From the NCBI GenBank assembly GCA_030141605.1, contig JAQGDQ010000006.1, positions 496,001 to 560,000 of the forward strand: a stretch of DNA of 64,000 bases. The letters are read 5' to 3'. A program made the position numbers and the translations under genes. The notes beneath the pieces are model-generated. The model did not search any database, was not told the DNA's origin, and saw only the letters and a list, made by a program, of their open reading frames with translations. Below are positions 13,624 to 28,000 of this stretch, piece after piece. Numbering within the stretch: position 1 is the first letter of the stretch; each line of letters opens with the position of its first letter. The DNA comes from Tubiluchus corallicola (lineage: Eukaryota; Animalia; Priapulida).

Positions 13624-16600
13624 ATGGAGCCAATAATTGCAAATTTCATTGATGGAAAGTTTGTGGAAGCATCATCATTGATCGACAGCTATAATCCTGC
13701 CACTGGAAAAGTTTGGGCACGTGTGCCAGACAGTACAACAATTGATGTTGAACATGCTGTAAAAGCTGCAAAATCTGCTTTTCCTTTGTAAGCATTATAT
13801 AATTGCCTGTTTTGGGAATATTTTAAGGTATCTAATAAGAAGATGTTAACAATGTAATCTTTCAATTCTTATAGACTCTGCATTCAGACATCAAACAATT
13901 TGTGATAGGAAGAATTAGACTTATTTTGTAACAAAGGTCTAATAGGCCTTGCTGCAATTAACATTTAGGTATTGGAGTATGTGTCCAATACACTGTATAT
14001 TTTACTAGAGGCTACATATTTCAATCCTAAGGCTGTGCTAAAGCTGTCATTTTACAGCATTGTTGATAGATTTGTAACCTTTATTGATAATGCATTCAGT
14101 TCAGAGTCATTCTTTCCAGCAACTACCAAAGTTTTCTAAATCAAGCAAATTCTTTTTCTGCTGTCAGTGTATTTTTACAGGTGCATTACTATTTTCAGTA
14201 TGATGCTTTCTTGTTTTGCTTTAGGCTATGACCTTCTAAACAGTTCCTTAATTTATTTTAAAATACTTCTGAACCTGTTGTGCATGTAGCAGCATTTAAA
14301 GCTAGAAGACACAATGGCATATAGTATGAACAGCTTTAAATCATGCCTTTTAAGTACTGCATCCACCAATTTTTTACTTTTTCTTTTTTGAGCAAGTATA
14401 AATATGAAAAGAGTGCAGAGCTGGGACTAAAACTATATCCAGCAAATGTTCTTTGTTTTGATAAATCCCACCACACATTATTATTTTCTGACATAATTTT
14501 TAACTTAATTTATTGTAATGTTCTTAAATAAGCATGCATTTTCAAGCGCTCTCACAACATTAGGGTCGCTCACAAAATACAAGACGGCATTTGGGTTACT
14601 TTGCAAAAAGTAGAATTTAACAAAAACCTGGTTCATGTAAATTTTGTTTATAGTACTGAAACCTTCTTGAGTTGCTGACAGAAAAAACTTTCTGTGTAAA
14701 GATCCCATATAGGACCCAAAACTATCAGCAGGAACACAAAAAGGTTCAAAACAACTGTAAGCTGCACTCATAAGACCAAGTAAATAGCTACATTCAATTC
14801 CATTTCTCCTGTTTTCTTAACATATGTGTTAAATTGCTTTTTAAATTTGGGGACAAAATATTTATTGCAAATTTACATTCAAATAGAATATTCATAGTGA
14901 GTTTTTCTGTTATACAAATATACAGTTATATACATTAACATTGCTTATATCAAATAAAATTTCTGGGCAAAGCTATATTATTGAGGGAACCATGAGGCTA
15001 TTTGTTTTTTTGAAAGATCAAAGATGATAATTTAGTTTGCAGTTAGTTAGCAGTTGATAATTAATTTATACCTTTTTTTTGCATTCCTTGCTATTACCTT
15101 GAATACTATATGCTTTTTGTTAAACGTAAATTTGTAAAGAAAGGTTTTAGTGATTATTTGTTTTGCTAAACATTGAGGCAACTACAAGATAATGTTACAG
15201 TTTCATAAGGAACGTGCATGACAATAAAACACAATAAGTGATTATATTAATTATCAGTGACCATGACTGTTTGTAACCATAAGTATAGATTTGTGACAGT
15301 GTGTGCTTTCTTTCTGTATACAGATGGTCAATGATGCCTGCAAAGAGTAGGGCTATGTATCTGAATAAAATCGCCGATTCTTTAGAAGGCATGCTAACAG
15401 AATTTGCAGAAGCTGAATCTCGTGATCAAGGAAAACCACTTAGTTTAGCAAAAACCGTTGAAATTCCACGAGCAGTCCACAACTTTAGGTTTTTTGCCTC
15501 TGCATGCTTGCATACGATGGGTGTGTAAGTAATAATTGCTAGAAATATTTACGTACTTAATACCTATATCTTTACTTTGCAACCTGATCCCGCAATAATT
15601 TTTTATGTTCAAATACGGCTCACTTAAATGAGATATGATTACCAATCATTTTATTTGGTAACCTGATTTTTCTTGTTGGTAAATCAAGATTATAATTATC
15701 TTTAAATTTAATATATTAAGTGAATAGTTTGCAAGTATTTTCAGACTTATTAGTTAAATTCGCCTTGCTACTAAATGCTTTACTGGAAACTTTGTTTCAT
15801 TTTTTGCAAAACTGGTGGTATAACAGAGAGACCACTGTATTTAAATAACAATTCTTTGTGCCAGTTGTGTATCTTCACTATAGGAAAAATTACTTCTTTA
15901 GTATGTACATGAATAGCATGTGTTATGACGTAAGTTACCTTCTGCACTAAGACAACCAGTGCAGCAAAAATTTGGTAACCTACATTTTTTGTACTAATTT
16001 GGTTAACAATTTTCCAATGATTGCTTTTTTTCCTAGTTCAACTCATCAACCAGAGTTCGGTACTGTCAATTACACATCAAATTCTCCAGTTGGGGTTGCA
16101 GGATTAATCTCGCCATGGAATTTGCCATTGTATTTGCTCACTTTTAAAATAGCGCCTGCTCTAGCTTTTGGCAATACTGTTGTTGCCAAACCTAGTGAAA
16201 TGACATCTGTCACTGCTTGGATGTTATGCAAAGTTTTCCAAGAGTGTGGTAAGCATTAGTTTTAGACCATAGCTCAGAATGACTTACCATCTAAATGTTG
16301 TTTTTTGTAAATATGACTTACAGTATGGCACCATTACAGCAAACATGGTTTATTGCGCACACACCGATAATGCTAATTCACAAAAGAGAACAAACTTTCA
16401 CCATTCATTTAACCAGTGTAATAGCTTTGAATACAGCATACTCGCTTATTGTATATTGGGGATTTTTTGTCTGTCCCCATTGTCTGTATTACTACATATT
16501 TAATAGCTTTTATTGCATACTTTATCTTTGCCTGCCATTTGCACTAATTTATAGTTAAACTTAATTAACCCTAATAACCTGTCATTCCTGATAATACAGT

Positions 16601-19600
16601 GATAAAGTTATTGGGCAAGCAGTATGTGGAATTGCGAACATGAATCATGCATCGAAACATTTTTTCGATTGTATAAAAACAATCAAATTTTAAGTTTTGA
16701 GTCATTCAGTGGCTAATGTCCAGCTAATTTTACAACTTGTAACGTGCATCCAGCAACATATACATACACTAGCAGAGCAATCATGTCACTGAGCAAAGAA
16801 AACAGAACGGGTCTTTCTCTTTCTTATTAGTATGAAATTATATGTGAAGTATATTGTGGTAGAAAGCCTTCAGTAGTCTGCAAAGAAAGAAATTTACCGA
16901 AAAGTATGTGATCGACAAAAAACAATTGATGCTTTTGAAAGTCAATGCAGGGTTTCGTCAGCAAGAAAATAGATAAGATTATCAATATTTCCAGAACTTG
17001 ATCAAGCATTGCTGAAGCGGTTCAAATCTGCGACTGATTGTAGATTTCAGGGGAGATTTTGATTGTGAATGTAAATATTGAATTCATTTTTTTTATTTTT
17101 GGGCTTCTGTTGCAAAGTAATTGATAGGAACTTCTAAAAGTACTTTTATGAGTTTACATCCTCTGTGAAGCCAACCTGTATATTATTTATACATGTCAAT
17201 TATCAGTACGTGCTTGTTCACCAATTAGTTGTACATAAAAGCTTCTGATATATAGCTATTCTGATATATATATATATATATATATATGTCTTTTTCGTTA
17301 GTTCTTCATTGGTGCGCGCTCTCTGCCGTAGACTTAGACGAACAACAGCACCTGCTTCTGGACATGCATTGCATAAAGAATAAGCAATGTAATGGATCAA
17401 CTGAACACAACATCAAAGTATTTCAGTTTTTGCTTTCCATAAGGAAAGTAGTTGCACGCCCTTTCATACTGTAAACTGTGCATTCTGCTCTGTTTTTAGT
17501 TTTGGCTTAGCAGTTAAGGCATTCGTGAACATATCTTTTTTCTTTTGTTTTTTTTTGAGAAGGCTTCAAATATATTTTGCTTGCTGTTGGAGTATATGAA
17601 AATCAATCACAAGTAGCACAATATATTTTGTTTTATAATGTGCTTTTATTACATTATTTAAATTTTAATTAATTGACACTTCATTTTATTATGCAGGCTT
17701 ACCTCCAGGAGTAGTTAACATTGTGTTTGGTTATGGACCAAAGGTTGGAGAAGCTATTGTAACTCATCCTGACATTAGATTGATTTCATTTACTGGCAGC
17801 ACAATGACTGGTTCACGTATAACTGAGGCGAGTGCCTCTCTCACTAAAAAATTATCATTAGAGGTCAGTATATTGATATGAGGTATTACGAGCAAAGTAT
17901 TTTTTGTTTCTTTTTAGTTTACTCTCAGTTTTTCTGAGAGGATGGCTTTTATATTTTCGTGTTTTTCCAAAAGTCACATTGCATTACATTGTTAGGCCCC
18001 TAAAATGCAAATTGTTGAATATTAAGGTAAATTGAAAAAAAGTTAATATGATTAACTAATACTAAATATAATTATTTAACACTAAGCATAATTATTTCTT
18101 GCTAACAGTCAATGGTGCTAACATGAAAAATTAGCATTTTCAATGGTCAGAAACATATATATATGAGTTTTTCTTATGTTTAGATATATATATTTTATAA
18201 CATGTTCAAACTTTTTTCCAGTTGGGAGGCAAGAACTGCGGCATAGTTTTTGATGATGCTGACATGCGTGGCTGCATTCCAGGTCTTATCAGGCTAGTCT
18301 GTTTCTTCTATATTTTACAGAGTTTCAAATGCCCAACTATAGTTATAAGTTGTTACTCTAGCTGTTACTTATTACTTTTTTAAGGCCAGATTTGGTGAAC
18401 TTTAATGCTAACTTCAGAGTTATCTTTGCAAAATTCTACCATTGATAACATTTAAAAGCATTTCTGCTTAATTCACATACTTGTGATGGTAGAAGACACT
18501 TGTGCACTTTTTTAAAAAAATATGTTTCTACAGTAGTTTAATTAAGTTAGCTTCATGTTGTTAAGGAAGTAGTTGCCAGTAAACTGCAAAATATTGGCTT
18601 GTTGAAGTTACTTCTTAAAATTAAAAGACAGTTTTTAGTGTGTACTATGATTATCTTTATTTATTATTGCAGAGGGTCATTTACAAATCAAGGTGAGATA
18701 TGTTTATGCACAAGTCGCATCTTTGTTCAAACTGGCATTTATCACAATTTCATAGAAGAATTTGTTGAGGCTGCCAGGTAACTGAAAATTTAATTTGAAT
18801 TTAAAGTATTTGTTGTAACTGTTCAAAATCTAATGTTGTGTAATATTAAGTTAAGATAGTTATTATTAGAAGGATAAATTTAACTTTGAAGTTTTTACCT
18901 TATTATAGTGTAACAGGTACACTTTCAAATATATAACAGTTCAAAGTGTAGAGGTTTTCAAAAACTGAGAGTGATTCAATACTGACATATGTACAACTCT
19001 AGATCAGACAGATGACTCTTAGACAGGTCCATCATGGGCATATCAACCCATGTGATAATTTGGTATTAGCATATCAGGTATCCAGTATTGGTGAAGACAT
19101 TGAGAAAACTGACTTTACATTAACTTAAAGTTATTAACTGTGTTTTTGGATGACAGAAAACTTCGAGTTGGTGACCCCTTGGAGCCAGGTACTAACATGG
19201 GTGCTTTGATTAGTCGTGAACATTTGGACAAGGTGAAGAAGTATATTCATCTCGCTTTGAGTAGTGGAGGAACAGTACTTTGTGGAGAAGGCATAGATCC
19301 ACTTGAGCTAGCATCAGAAAATAAAGAGGTACCTGTGTATTTCTTTTTTTCACTGTCATTACTTTTAATTGCTGTCAGTTGTTTGTTAATTTTGGTTTTA
19401 TGCTTATGTATTTCAAAACATCGTAGGTGTAAAAAGACAATTGAATTGTTATCTTTCCATGATGGTGACTCTTGGTTTGTTTATTTATACAAGTTGTATT
19501 GTGTCTGCCTACATTAATAATAGTGACCCTATCAAGATTTATTGATAACGAGCCTATCATGAGCTATTCAGTATTGCTGGTCATCGATACTGGTCAATCA

Positions 19601-22600
19601 TGAGTTGCACGATGCAGTTTTTAAAACAAATTCCACATGAAGCATTTCTGTAATTTTTATCACAATTGGTACATGACGGTGGAAAAAAAATGTTGCAGTT
19701 CTCCAGGCCTTGTTAGTAAAGTCAAGCATCTTTTTATGATTGGCTGCAAACTATGTTGATGAAATAGATGTGCCAATCATCAGCAATCAGCAACAAATTT
19801 TTATCTAATTGGTCCATCGCTGGGGAAGTAAAATGCAGTAAATAGATTACAAAAACAAATTTCTGCAATTAGACTCTACAATTTAGATCTATCGATTACT
19901 TTTAGATACCTGGTAACATTTGAAAATTTAGTTTAGCACACCACTGCAAATTAGCGTAATTCCACTAGCATGCTACAATACAGAGCCTGGTACATTAAAT
20001 TCGTAGAAATCAGTGGAATTTGACATTATGAAGAAAATCAAAATTTAACATAGATTTTATAAATCATGGATCTTCATCAGTTTTGTAATGTTATGCCTTG
20101 CAACTGAAAAAAAATGAATGTGACATTCATTTGCAAGAAAAAAGTATAAATCCTCAATAAATACAATTAATTGTTATGTTAATAATCAGATTTCTTCATT
20201 TCGTACCTCATTATACTCTTTGCTTAAGGAACTGTTTTACTGTGTACTTACAGGGTGAGCATAAGAAGTTTGTAGGGTGTAACAATTTTTAATTTTTTAT
20301 TTAGGGTTACTTTATGAGACCTACAGTCATAGCTAATTTGCCGGATACATCTCGTTGTATGCAAGAAGAAATATTTGGTCCAGTAACTTGTATAGTGCCT
20401 TTCGAATCTGAAGAAGAGGTATAACATACTATTATTTTTGAACTTTAAAGGCTAACTATGCAGGGAACAGTGGCAGCTCATGTATAGGCACTGTGGAACT
20501 GCTGCACCCTATATTATCACTCCATATTATCAATAATATTCAGTATAATAAGTCCTTTTTCTTTAATTCTTTCTTTATACTTGTATAGAACCAGAGCACA
20601 TGATGGAACTGTACGCTTCACAGGTCCAGCACTGTGCACTCGCAACTCCAGCAACATGGTGTTTGACTGTTATACACATACGGCCATGCGCACATGTTTG
20701 AGATAAGACTCTGCACTCTGGGTAGAGAAAGTGCTGTCACTCACACAGCGCGTGTTGTCAGCTGTCACATGCTTAAAAACTGTGTACCGGCATATTCTTA
20801 AATGTGATAATGTGTACAACTAGATTTAGTAGAATTAGATAATTAGATTTAGATAAAGTAGATTTAGATGTTTGTTCCATTTTATACAGTATTAAAACAG
20901 TGACTAAACGTTTCCTGAAGCAGCACCCCACTAATTTTAGTTACGAGCCACCACTGGCAGGGAAATCTTTCACCATTGCTCTTAGATAAAAAAAGTATGT
21001 TTATCTCACAATTCAAGTTTGATGTAGAATTTTGATGAAATTATTAGTGAATAGGAATTATAGATTCATTTTTAAACATTTGTTATCATTATTTCAGGTC
21101 ATTATTCGAGCTAACACTGTGAAGTATGGTTTATGTGCGAGCGTATGGTCTTCCGATGTAGGAAAAATACATCGTGTAGCAAATAGGCTAGAGGTATATC
21201 ATAATTTTTTCATAGTACTGAAATGTTCAGCATGTCTGACACTATACTGTTACTAGCCTCGAAAATCCTAGTCTTCCTCTTCAGACTTTCTTTGCTAGAT
21301 TTTGCTCTTTATGCTTGGCTGTTTTAATAAAAATTAATTCTTATTTAATAGACTTCTAGTAGCTTAGAGAGTAAATTTCTAGATTCTGAAAAGTCAGCGT
21401 GCTTCTGTGTTATATTGGTTAACATAACTGCCCGGAAGGGTTTCAGTCCCAGTTGAAGTGCAAAATGTTTTCAGACTTTCTACTTTTGTAAGTTTATTGC
21501 ATTATTTACAGTAAAGTAGTTATATTAAGCCTTAGTACTGCCCTTAATAATGTAAGTGCTTTGATGCTTTGATTGCAAGAACAATAAATGTAGTCTGTTT
21601 TGAATTTACTACAGCAACCAAATACCTTTTAAATTGGACTGGTGCTAATGTTGTTGCATTATTTTTGAATTTACTTTTTGAAATACTCATAGTATTAGCT
21701 TGAGAAATCGGATATGAAAAAATGTCTTCTAACATTTTACACTGTGTTGCCTGTGTACTATCCAAATTGTGTATGCACAGTTAAGTACATCATTTTGTTT
21801 GAATGTCTGAGTGTGTTCTCCATACCTCCATTTGTTAATGCTTTTCAGTTAAACCCATTAATAGATGAAAGCTTTTCGTTGTTGCTGTTGTCCTTTACCA
21901 AGTTGTTATTTTGCTCGTTGTCATTATTTTTGCTATTCGTGTTCTTGCTCTTATTTGTTGTTGTTGTTGGTAGTGCTATTATTTATTTGTTCCCTGTATC
22001 CAGCAAACAAAATTATCATTATACTGCCCCTCCTTATAATGCCAAGCCAATTTTTGGCTTGTCCAGATTTCCATAATGCGTCACATATAGGAATACTGCC
22101 AACCTCTCCTACCGCCATCCGCCAATGTATCTGCTTTGCCGAAAGTTTATTCTTTATAAGCCAAGGTAAAGCAAAATGAATTACTGCTGAAAAAAGCCCA
22201 TTCTATTGTAAAAACAATGAACAGAAAACCAATAATGACATTCGAATGAAGATTTTGGTTTTGTACCACGTTACTGCATGAAAGTGAATGTTAATGTTTA
22301 GAGCAAGCAGCATCCATTTTAAGAGTACAAAATTTGCATAATTAAGGCATACCTGGTCAGTACTGAATTTTGATATGAATTTAAAGGTTGTTAAAGCTGC
22401 TCTTTGTACTTGCATATTTGCGAAACTTACTGCTTCAACTCAATGTCAAATTATGTGCGGCGCCACTTTTTAATCTTAATTGTCCAGTAGGCCTAATATT
22501 TCATTGAGAGAATAGGTGGGTCGGTTGACTGCTTAATACTGTTGGCTGATTACCAGTATTTCACAAGATCTTCAGTGCTTCTCTGTTGTGTTACCTAAAT

Positions 22601-23135
22601 GTTTTGCAAGATACTGCCGTAGCACTACACCTGCATTGTTAATGCAGCAAAATGTGTAGTATAATGCTACACATATTTGTCACATTAAATTAACTAGGAA
22701 ACAAAATCAAGGTTGCATAGTAGAGCCAAATAGAACCCATTCGAGGTTGGCCGTTTGATAGTTGATGAACCTCACCTTACCCCCCACTTCATTGTAATGC
22801 CATATTTAAAGGCGTCGCAGATCTGGCGTTACAATGAATTTTGACTGTTGTAATTATTAAAGGAAGTTTAAACATTAGTTTTATTTTTGCATTAATGCCA
22901 TTCACAGGTTGGCTTTTCGTAAGTACCTGCTTCTAGCTTTTTATTTAAATAAAAAAATGGCTTTTTATCATTTTAATTGCAGGTGGGAACCGTATGGTGC
23001 AATTGCTGGCTCATCCGGGATCTTAACATGCCATTTGGTGGAATAAAATCATCTGGCGTAGGATTTGAAGGTTTTCGTGAATCATATGAATTTTTCACTA
23101 ATCCAAAAACAATATGTATTAAGGTGCAGGATTAA
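13624..23135 (+). CDS. ALDH8A1: Aldehyde dehydrogenase family 8 member A1 (2-aminomuconic semialdehyde dehydrogenase), 484 aa
   Basis: Exons 13624-13787, 15324-15524, 16037-16248, 17697-17863, 18222-18292, 18673-18777, 19157-19328, 20305-20418, 21098-21193, 22983-23135 (1455 nt, open frame). Motifs [43 protein letters not shown] (catalytic Glu), [11 protein letters not shown] (catalytic Cys), EEIFGPV and [14 protein letters not shown] are characteristic of the ALDH8/HMSADH subfamily. Confidence 0.95.
16783..17035 (+). mobile_element. Tigger/pogo transposase N-terminal relic (HTH_psq plus start of CENP-B-type HTH) in ALDH8A1 intron 3
   Basis: Translation with stops and frameshifts [40 protein letters not shown] ... 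[15 protein letters not shown], matching the LS..K.EII.....G......E..LPKST.S and FPELE.AL..WF motifs. Confidence 0.7.
17264..17287. repeat. (AT)n microsatellite
   Basis: About 12 consecutive AT units. Confidence 0.9.
20468..20956. mobile_element. hAT-superfamily MITE (489 bp) in ALDH8A1 intron 8
   Basis: TIRs CAGTGGCAGCTCATG and TACGAGCCACCACTG. Perfect 8-bp TSD GCAGGGAA at 20460-20467 and 20957-20964. Confidence 0.85.
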
Positions 23136-24829
23136 GAAGCATTGCAACTTCCATGTTATTGGTCCTTCCAAGGTTCCAAGGTTGTCGTTGCATCTATTTT
23201 TTGCTTTACCAACCTGTGTGCAAGTTTATACTCCTTTCTTCAGCTGCACTCAGTGAATCATCTAAGTGCAGGATAAGACCTTAATTAAGTCGTAAAAATT
23301 TTAAAGTTAAATACTTTGCAGTCATATTCACTGAATGTGATGCTGTTCAGCTCAAATGAGCTCCTAGTGCCCAGCTGCTTAAACAAAGTTGCTGTATAAC
23401 ACATACTCCTTTAACTGTACTTATACATGTGTTCTCTTTTCAGTACTATAAAATTACAAATATTATTAAATGTTTAAAGTGTTACAACTGTAGTGAAGCA
23501 TTAAATTTATTGGTGCTCAGGCATGTCACATTTTGTTGCTGCAATTGAATTTCTAGAACTTAAGTTCTAACTCTGAAATTGTTAAGCATTGAATAATGAC
23601 CATAGAGTCCTGATAAAGTTTGTATTAATAATGATAGCTAGTAGATTTCCTAATGTTAGAAGTTATTAACAAAAACTTAACTAATGAAACAAGTAGCTTA
23701 TTACAGTAGAATGTTTAAAGTGACTTGTAATATTAACATTTTCCTGTGCTTTAGATATCATTTGAGCATATCATTTCAGACACCATATTTTTTATATTTT
23801 CATTCCTATATTTTTGCAACTGTAGTGTTCGTGGTGTTGTGGAGAATTGTTAAGGTTTTTATCAGTGTTTTATTTTTATAATGAAAAAACTATTGGTGAT
23901 ATTTCATATCATTGTGCTTGCTGGTATCAAGTTGTCTGATGTTCCTAATTTTTCAAAAAAAGGAAAAGTGTTATGCTGTTGTATTCTTATATGCGTGCAT
24001 TGTGTGTGCACACGTGTGTGGTGTTTAGTTTATCAGTTTATTTCCGGTTAAAGCCTACATTAAAAATCTAAGCTCTGGCACACACAGTGTTAAAAATCTA
24101 TAACTAAAAAAGTCACATAAAATTAGACATTACGGTAAAAAACATTACATATAAAATAAAAGTTATCATGCAGAAGTTACATTATCATACCTGGTAAAGG
24201 TACTTGTGTCTAATGCAGCACGAAATTTGATTTATTTCGTACATCTGACACATTCATAAACTACTAATAATAAAATTATCACTTTTCTCGTTGATTCCAA
24301 ACTAGATACTATAAGCGGGTTGCTTTTCTTATAATATAACAGTGAAATATGGTATATGAGCCTTTGCACACATAAACGATGTGCTAGTGCAATAATCATA
24401 ATTAAACATTTTTCTGACAGCAATATTGTATTTAAATCTAAGACATTCTGTTACATTTCAAACAGACAATGAAAAGTCAGAAATGCCTAAAAAAACTACC
24501 TAAACTAGTACATATTACAATCAAGATAACATTAAAATAACGTTCTTACGACAAAAACATAAGCATAATTATAATAAAAATAATGATTTTTAATTTTTAT
24601 TTATTTTAATTTTTTATCAACAGCTTTTAATCTAAGAAAATAAACTAACTACGATGTCAGTCATAATTTTCAGCCAGCACTATTTTTTTATTTTGATAGT
24701 AACAATTTAAAAAGACTAACTAGAAATCAATTTAATCTACTTTAATGAATATGACATTGTGTTTGCGACTTTGTGTGCAATGTTGAAATTTTTGTAAGTT
24801 GAATATAGGTGGCACTTTGTTCAATAACT

Positions 24830-25045
24830 GGTATATGACGTCATGATCATGACATCCATGTTTCATCTGCGAATTCATTTCGTCGATTTCATTTTGGTTA
24901 CATCATGCTAATTCAGCAGAGGATATGATAAACAGAAATTGCTAATTTTAGACACCTGGATTTACTGTAATTTTGTGTTAGGTTTGAGCTCATTGTTATC
25001 TATCTAATGAAGACCTGTTCACAGTCGATGTGCACGAATATTTTG
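24830..25045 (+). promoter_or_regulatory. Putative PRL promoter and first (leader) exon
   Basis: Palindromic CRE TGACGTCA at 24836-24843, a CpG-richer patch, and a strong donor TTG|GTAAGT at 25045/25046 that pairs with the acceptor at 30875 upstream of the PRL ATG exon. Confidence 0.6.
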
Positions 25046-28000
25046 GTAAGTTTCTTCGAGTTTTTACAAGTATGATTCATTCATTTTACGATAAAGTTGT
25101 CGTTTATGAATAGAAAGAACTACACCTTTTTGCGCTTTAACTCATTCATAATGGGTAAAGCTTAATTGTTTTCGTAATAACTAGGCCGAACGGTTTACAC
25201 CCCACCTCCGGCATTAGTGGCTGCTACTTTCTGTGTGTAAAACACTTAATGAAAATTTCGTATTTCTTGACTGCATTCCATAAGCTTTTTTCAGCGGCAC
25301 CGGTAACTTGTTCTCTGTTGGCTGTGGAGTACATGCTATCTAGGAAAATAAACCTTTTCAAAACTACTACTACTAGTAGTAGTACTAGTATACCATTAGA
25401 AAGAGTAAATAAAACAAGCTTAAAGGAATACTGGACGATTGTGTAGACATTAGTTAAAAATAGAGTATGCTTTAAAATATTGAAAACTACAACAGCTTTT
25501 TTTTTAAATCAAAGCTTAGATTAAATAATAAAAACCTCAGACATGTAAATTTTATTAAACGTTCAAAGCTATGCGTGGTGTGGCGAATCAATTAGGACTG
25601 GCAATGGCACCTTTTTGTCACATTCATATGGCCGACATATAGTGTCATGATATGCATGATCATTTACTGCAGTGTTCGTCTGTGATGTACATTGCATAGC
25701 TGAACTACACGATGCGTACATTGTTTGTAACTTCTAACTGCTGCAGCTTTTGTTTGCGTGTGGTGAATATCTAGCGATCCAACGAGGTTAAGATTCCGAG
25801 TTAAATCTTGAGAGGGATGGTCTAGTCACTTCTGCTCTTCTGGCACCAAGGCATTCTAACTACATGTGGTTCAGTAGGACAATCAAGCTTATTTGAAACT
25901 TGCACACATCTGGCTTTGTAGAAGGTTCAGCAGCTGAGGGTTCGGATACAGGCTTTAAATAGCAATCTTAGATTGTTTCTTAATAGACTCATTTACCAAG
26001 GATTAGATTTTCTCCACTAGAGATACAACATCCTCTTGCAATCTGAAAATTCTTTTCTTGTGGATAATTGTCGACTTTTGCACTCAGGTCATCGCTGGCA
26101 GAAGCTTTGGACACAAGATCAGATTTTCAAGCTTCAAACTTGGTGTTGATAATTTTTGACTTACCCTGCATTTTTCATTTTATCTTCAGTGGTCTTATCA
26201 TTAGCAATAGCTTTGACGGCTTTTGAATGGCATTCTGCTTAGAACCAAGAACTTCACATTCGCTAGAGTACAGTGAGCGTGATAAGTGGCATCAGTCATA
26301 TCAGAATTTCACTACATTTTGCCAGAATATAGCAGATTCTCACCATAACTTTTTACTAGAATACAGAGAATTGGGGTCTAAATTACATAACTAGTTTTTG
26401 TACGTTAAATTTTAATAGTAATGAAATGGTGAAGACTGAATCTCAATTAAACTAGTTTATGATAAGCATTAATCACTGTCAGTGCTAAGATCTATTGTAG
26501 AGTAATGAGACCTAACATTTGCTGATTCAGTCTACTAGCCATTTAAAATTTTGTCTATTTTTCTCTTTGTAAGGGAACCACAATCATCATTTCCTTCATC
26601 AAGAAATATATTACAAGCATTTGAAACAATGAGTTGATGAGGTTTATTAAACACAGAAACAGAGGGCTCCTTGGCATATTTCTTGCTATTGATTCCTTTC
26701 TGCTTACTAGCAGGTAGTACTGCTTACTTTCGAGGCGCTTTTACTAGCACGCTTTCCAATAAAGGGCTTTGCAAAACACCAACAGCATCATAATTACTAT
26801 TTTTCTGATTGACTTGGGGAGGTTGCTGCTTCTAGTGCTACAACTGTGAGAGGCTTACTGATCTCAACACTGGAAATACACGTACTCATATCAGCATTAA
26901 TACCCATGACAACATTGTTAAAACTGTATTGGAGAGTAGTAATCCGGTTAATATTCTACCTTTATCCAAGTCTAAGATACAATATTAAATATAGAGGTTC
27001 GATGGTGAGAGAGACCAGATCACGTTACCACCGTAGGAACCTTAAATTCTAGGAAAGTTTCAGCAGTGAATCCAGTAGGATCTACAGTGAAGAGTGAAGT
27101 GTGATTTTAGATCAGTAGATCACACAAAAATACAGTGCATCAGCAGTGCGTTACTCAATTCCAAAGTAAAAATTTAACAGACAAAGAAAATCTTTCGTCC
27201 GCCATTATTGCCAATACGGGACTCCCTGCTAATTTAATTTACAGTTTAGAAAGTGTAAATTTCATTTTTAGTTTAATTCTCGGTAGTGGTTGCATAACTT
27301 TAGATACCATTATTTAATTTAAAATGCTTTCACTTGCTTTATAAGTCTATCTGATTTATTCACTCAGTGTAATTTTAAGAATGTTGCTCCTAAGCCTTGT
27401 CTTTTTATAGCGCCGAAAACTGTAAACTGTTGCACGACTGAGATGTCGTGCATTGTTTGCTACAATCGATTTTTGCCAAGGCAACATTCAAAATTTAATA
27501 AATAAATAATTAACAAAAATTTACAAGCTTAATGTGCTATAGGCCTGATGTTTTTAATTTAATTTATATATTTAGTATTTTAAAATGTGCTTTATATTAG
27601 CACATTTCAAAAACACTACAAGCACTTTCGGTTGTATGTGCTTATAAACTCAGAATACGTTTTTGTGACAGCGTGAGATTTTAAATTTTTACATTTAAAT
27701 TTTAAAATTTTCAGCACTTGTGAAATGCACCAGTAGCACCACTGGCCTGGTTGCTGCTCATCCTCTATGAACTATGATAGTATTGAACTTACATTGATTA
27801 TCACGGACTTATTTATGGCGTAGTATTATTCCATCTTCAAAAGTTTTCCTGAAAATGACATTTTCTTTTGCACTTAAAAACATCTTCTACCATTGGAAAA
27901 TTTATTAAAATGTTGATTGAAAATGTCAAAAGATTAATTTAGTTGGATTTGAGTTTGATTGAAGCATGTGATTTATGCCTCTAGTCATAAATTTAATACC

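Noticed and set aside
25365-25384. Perfect 20-bp palindrome TACTACTACTAGTAGTAGTA
   Set aside because: Head-to-head trinucleotide slippage product; no evidence of function.
25700-27130. Higher-complexity intronic stretch that may be an old retroelement
   Set aside because: No convincing RT, endonuclease or RNase H motifs could be read by eye; needs tBLASTx.
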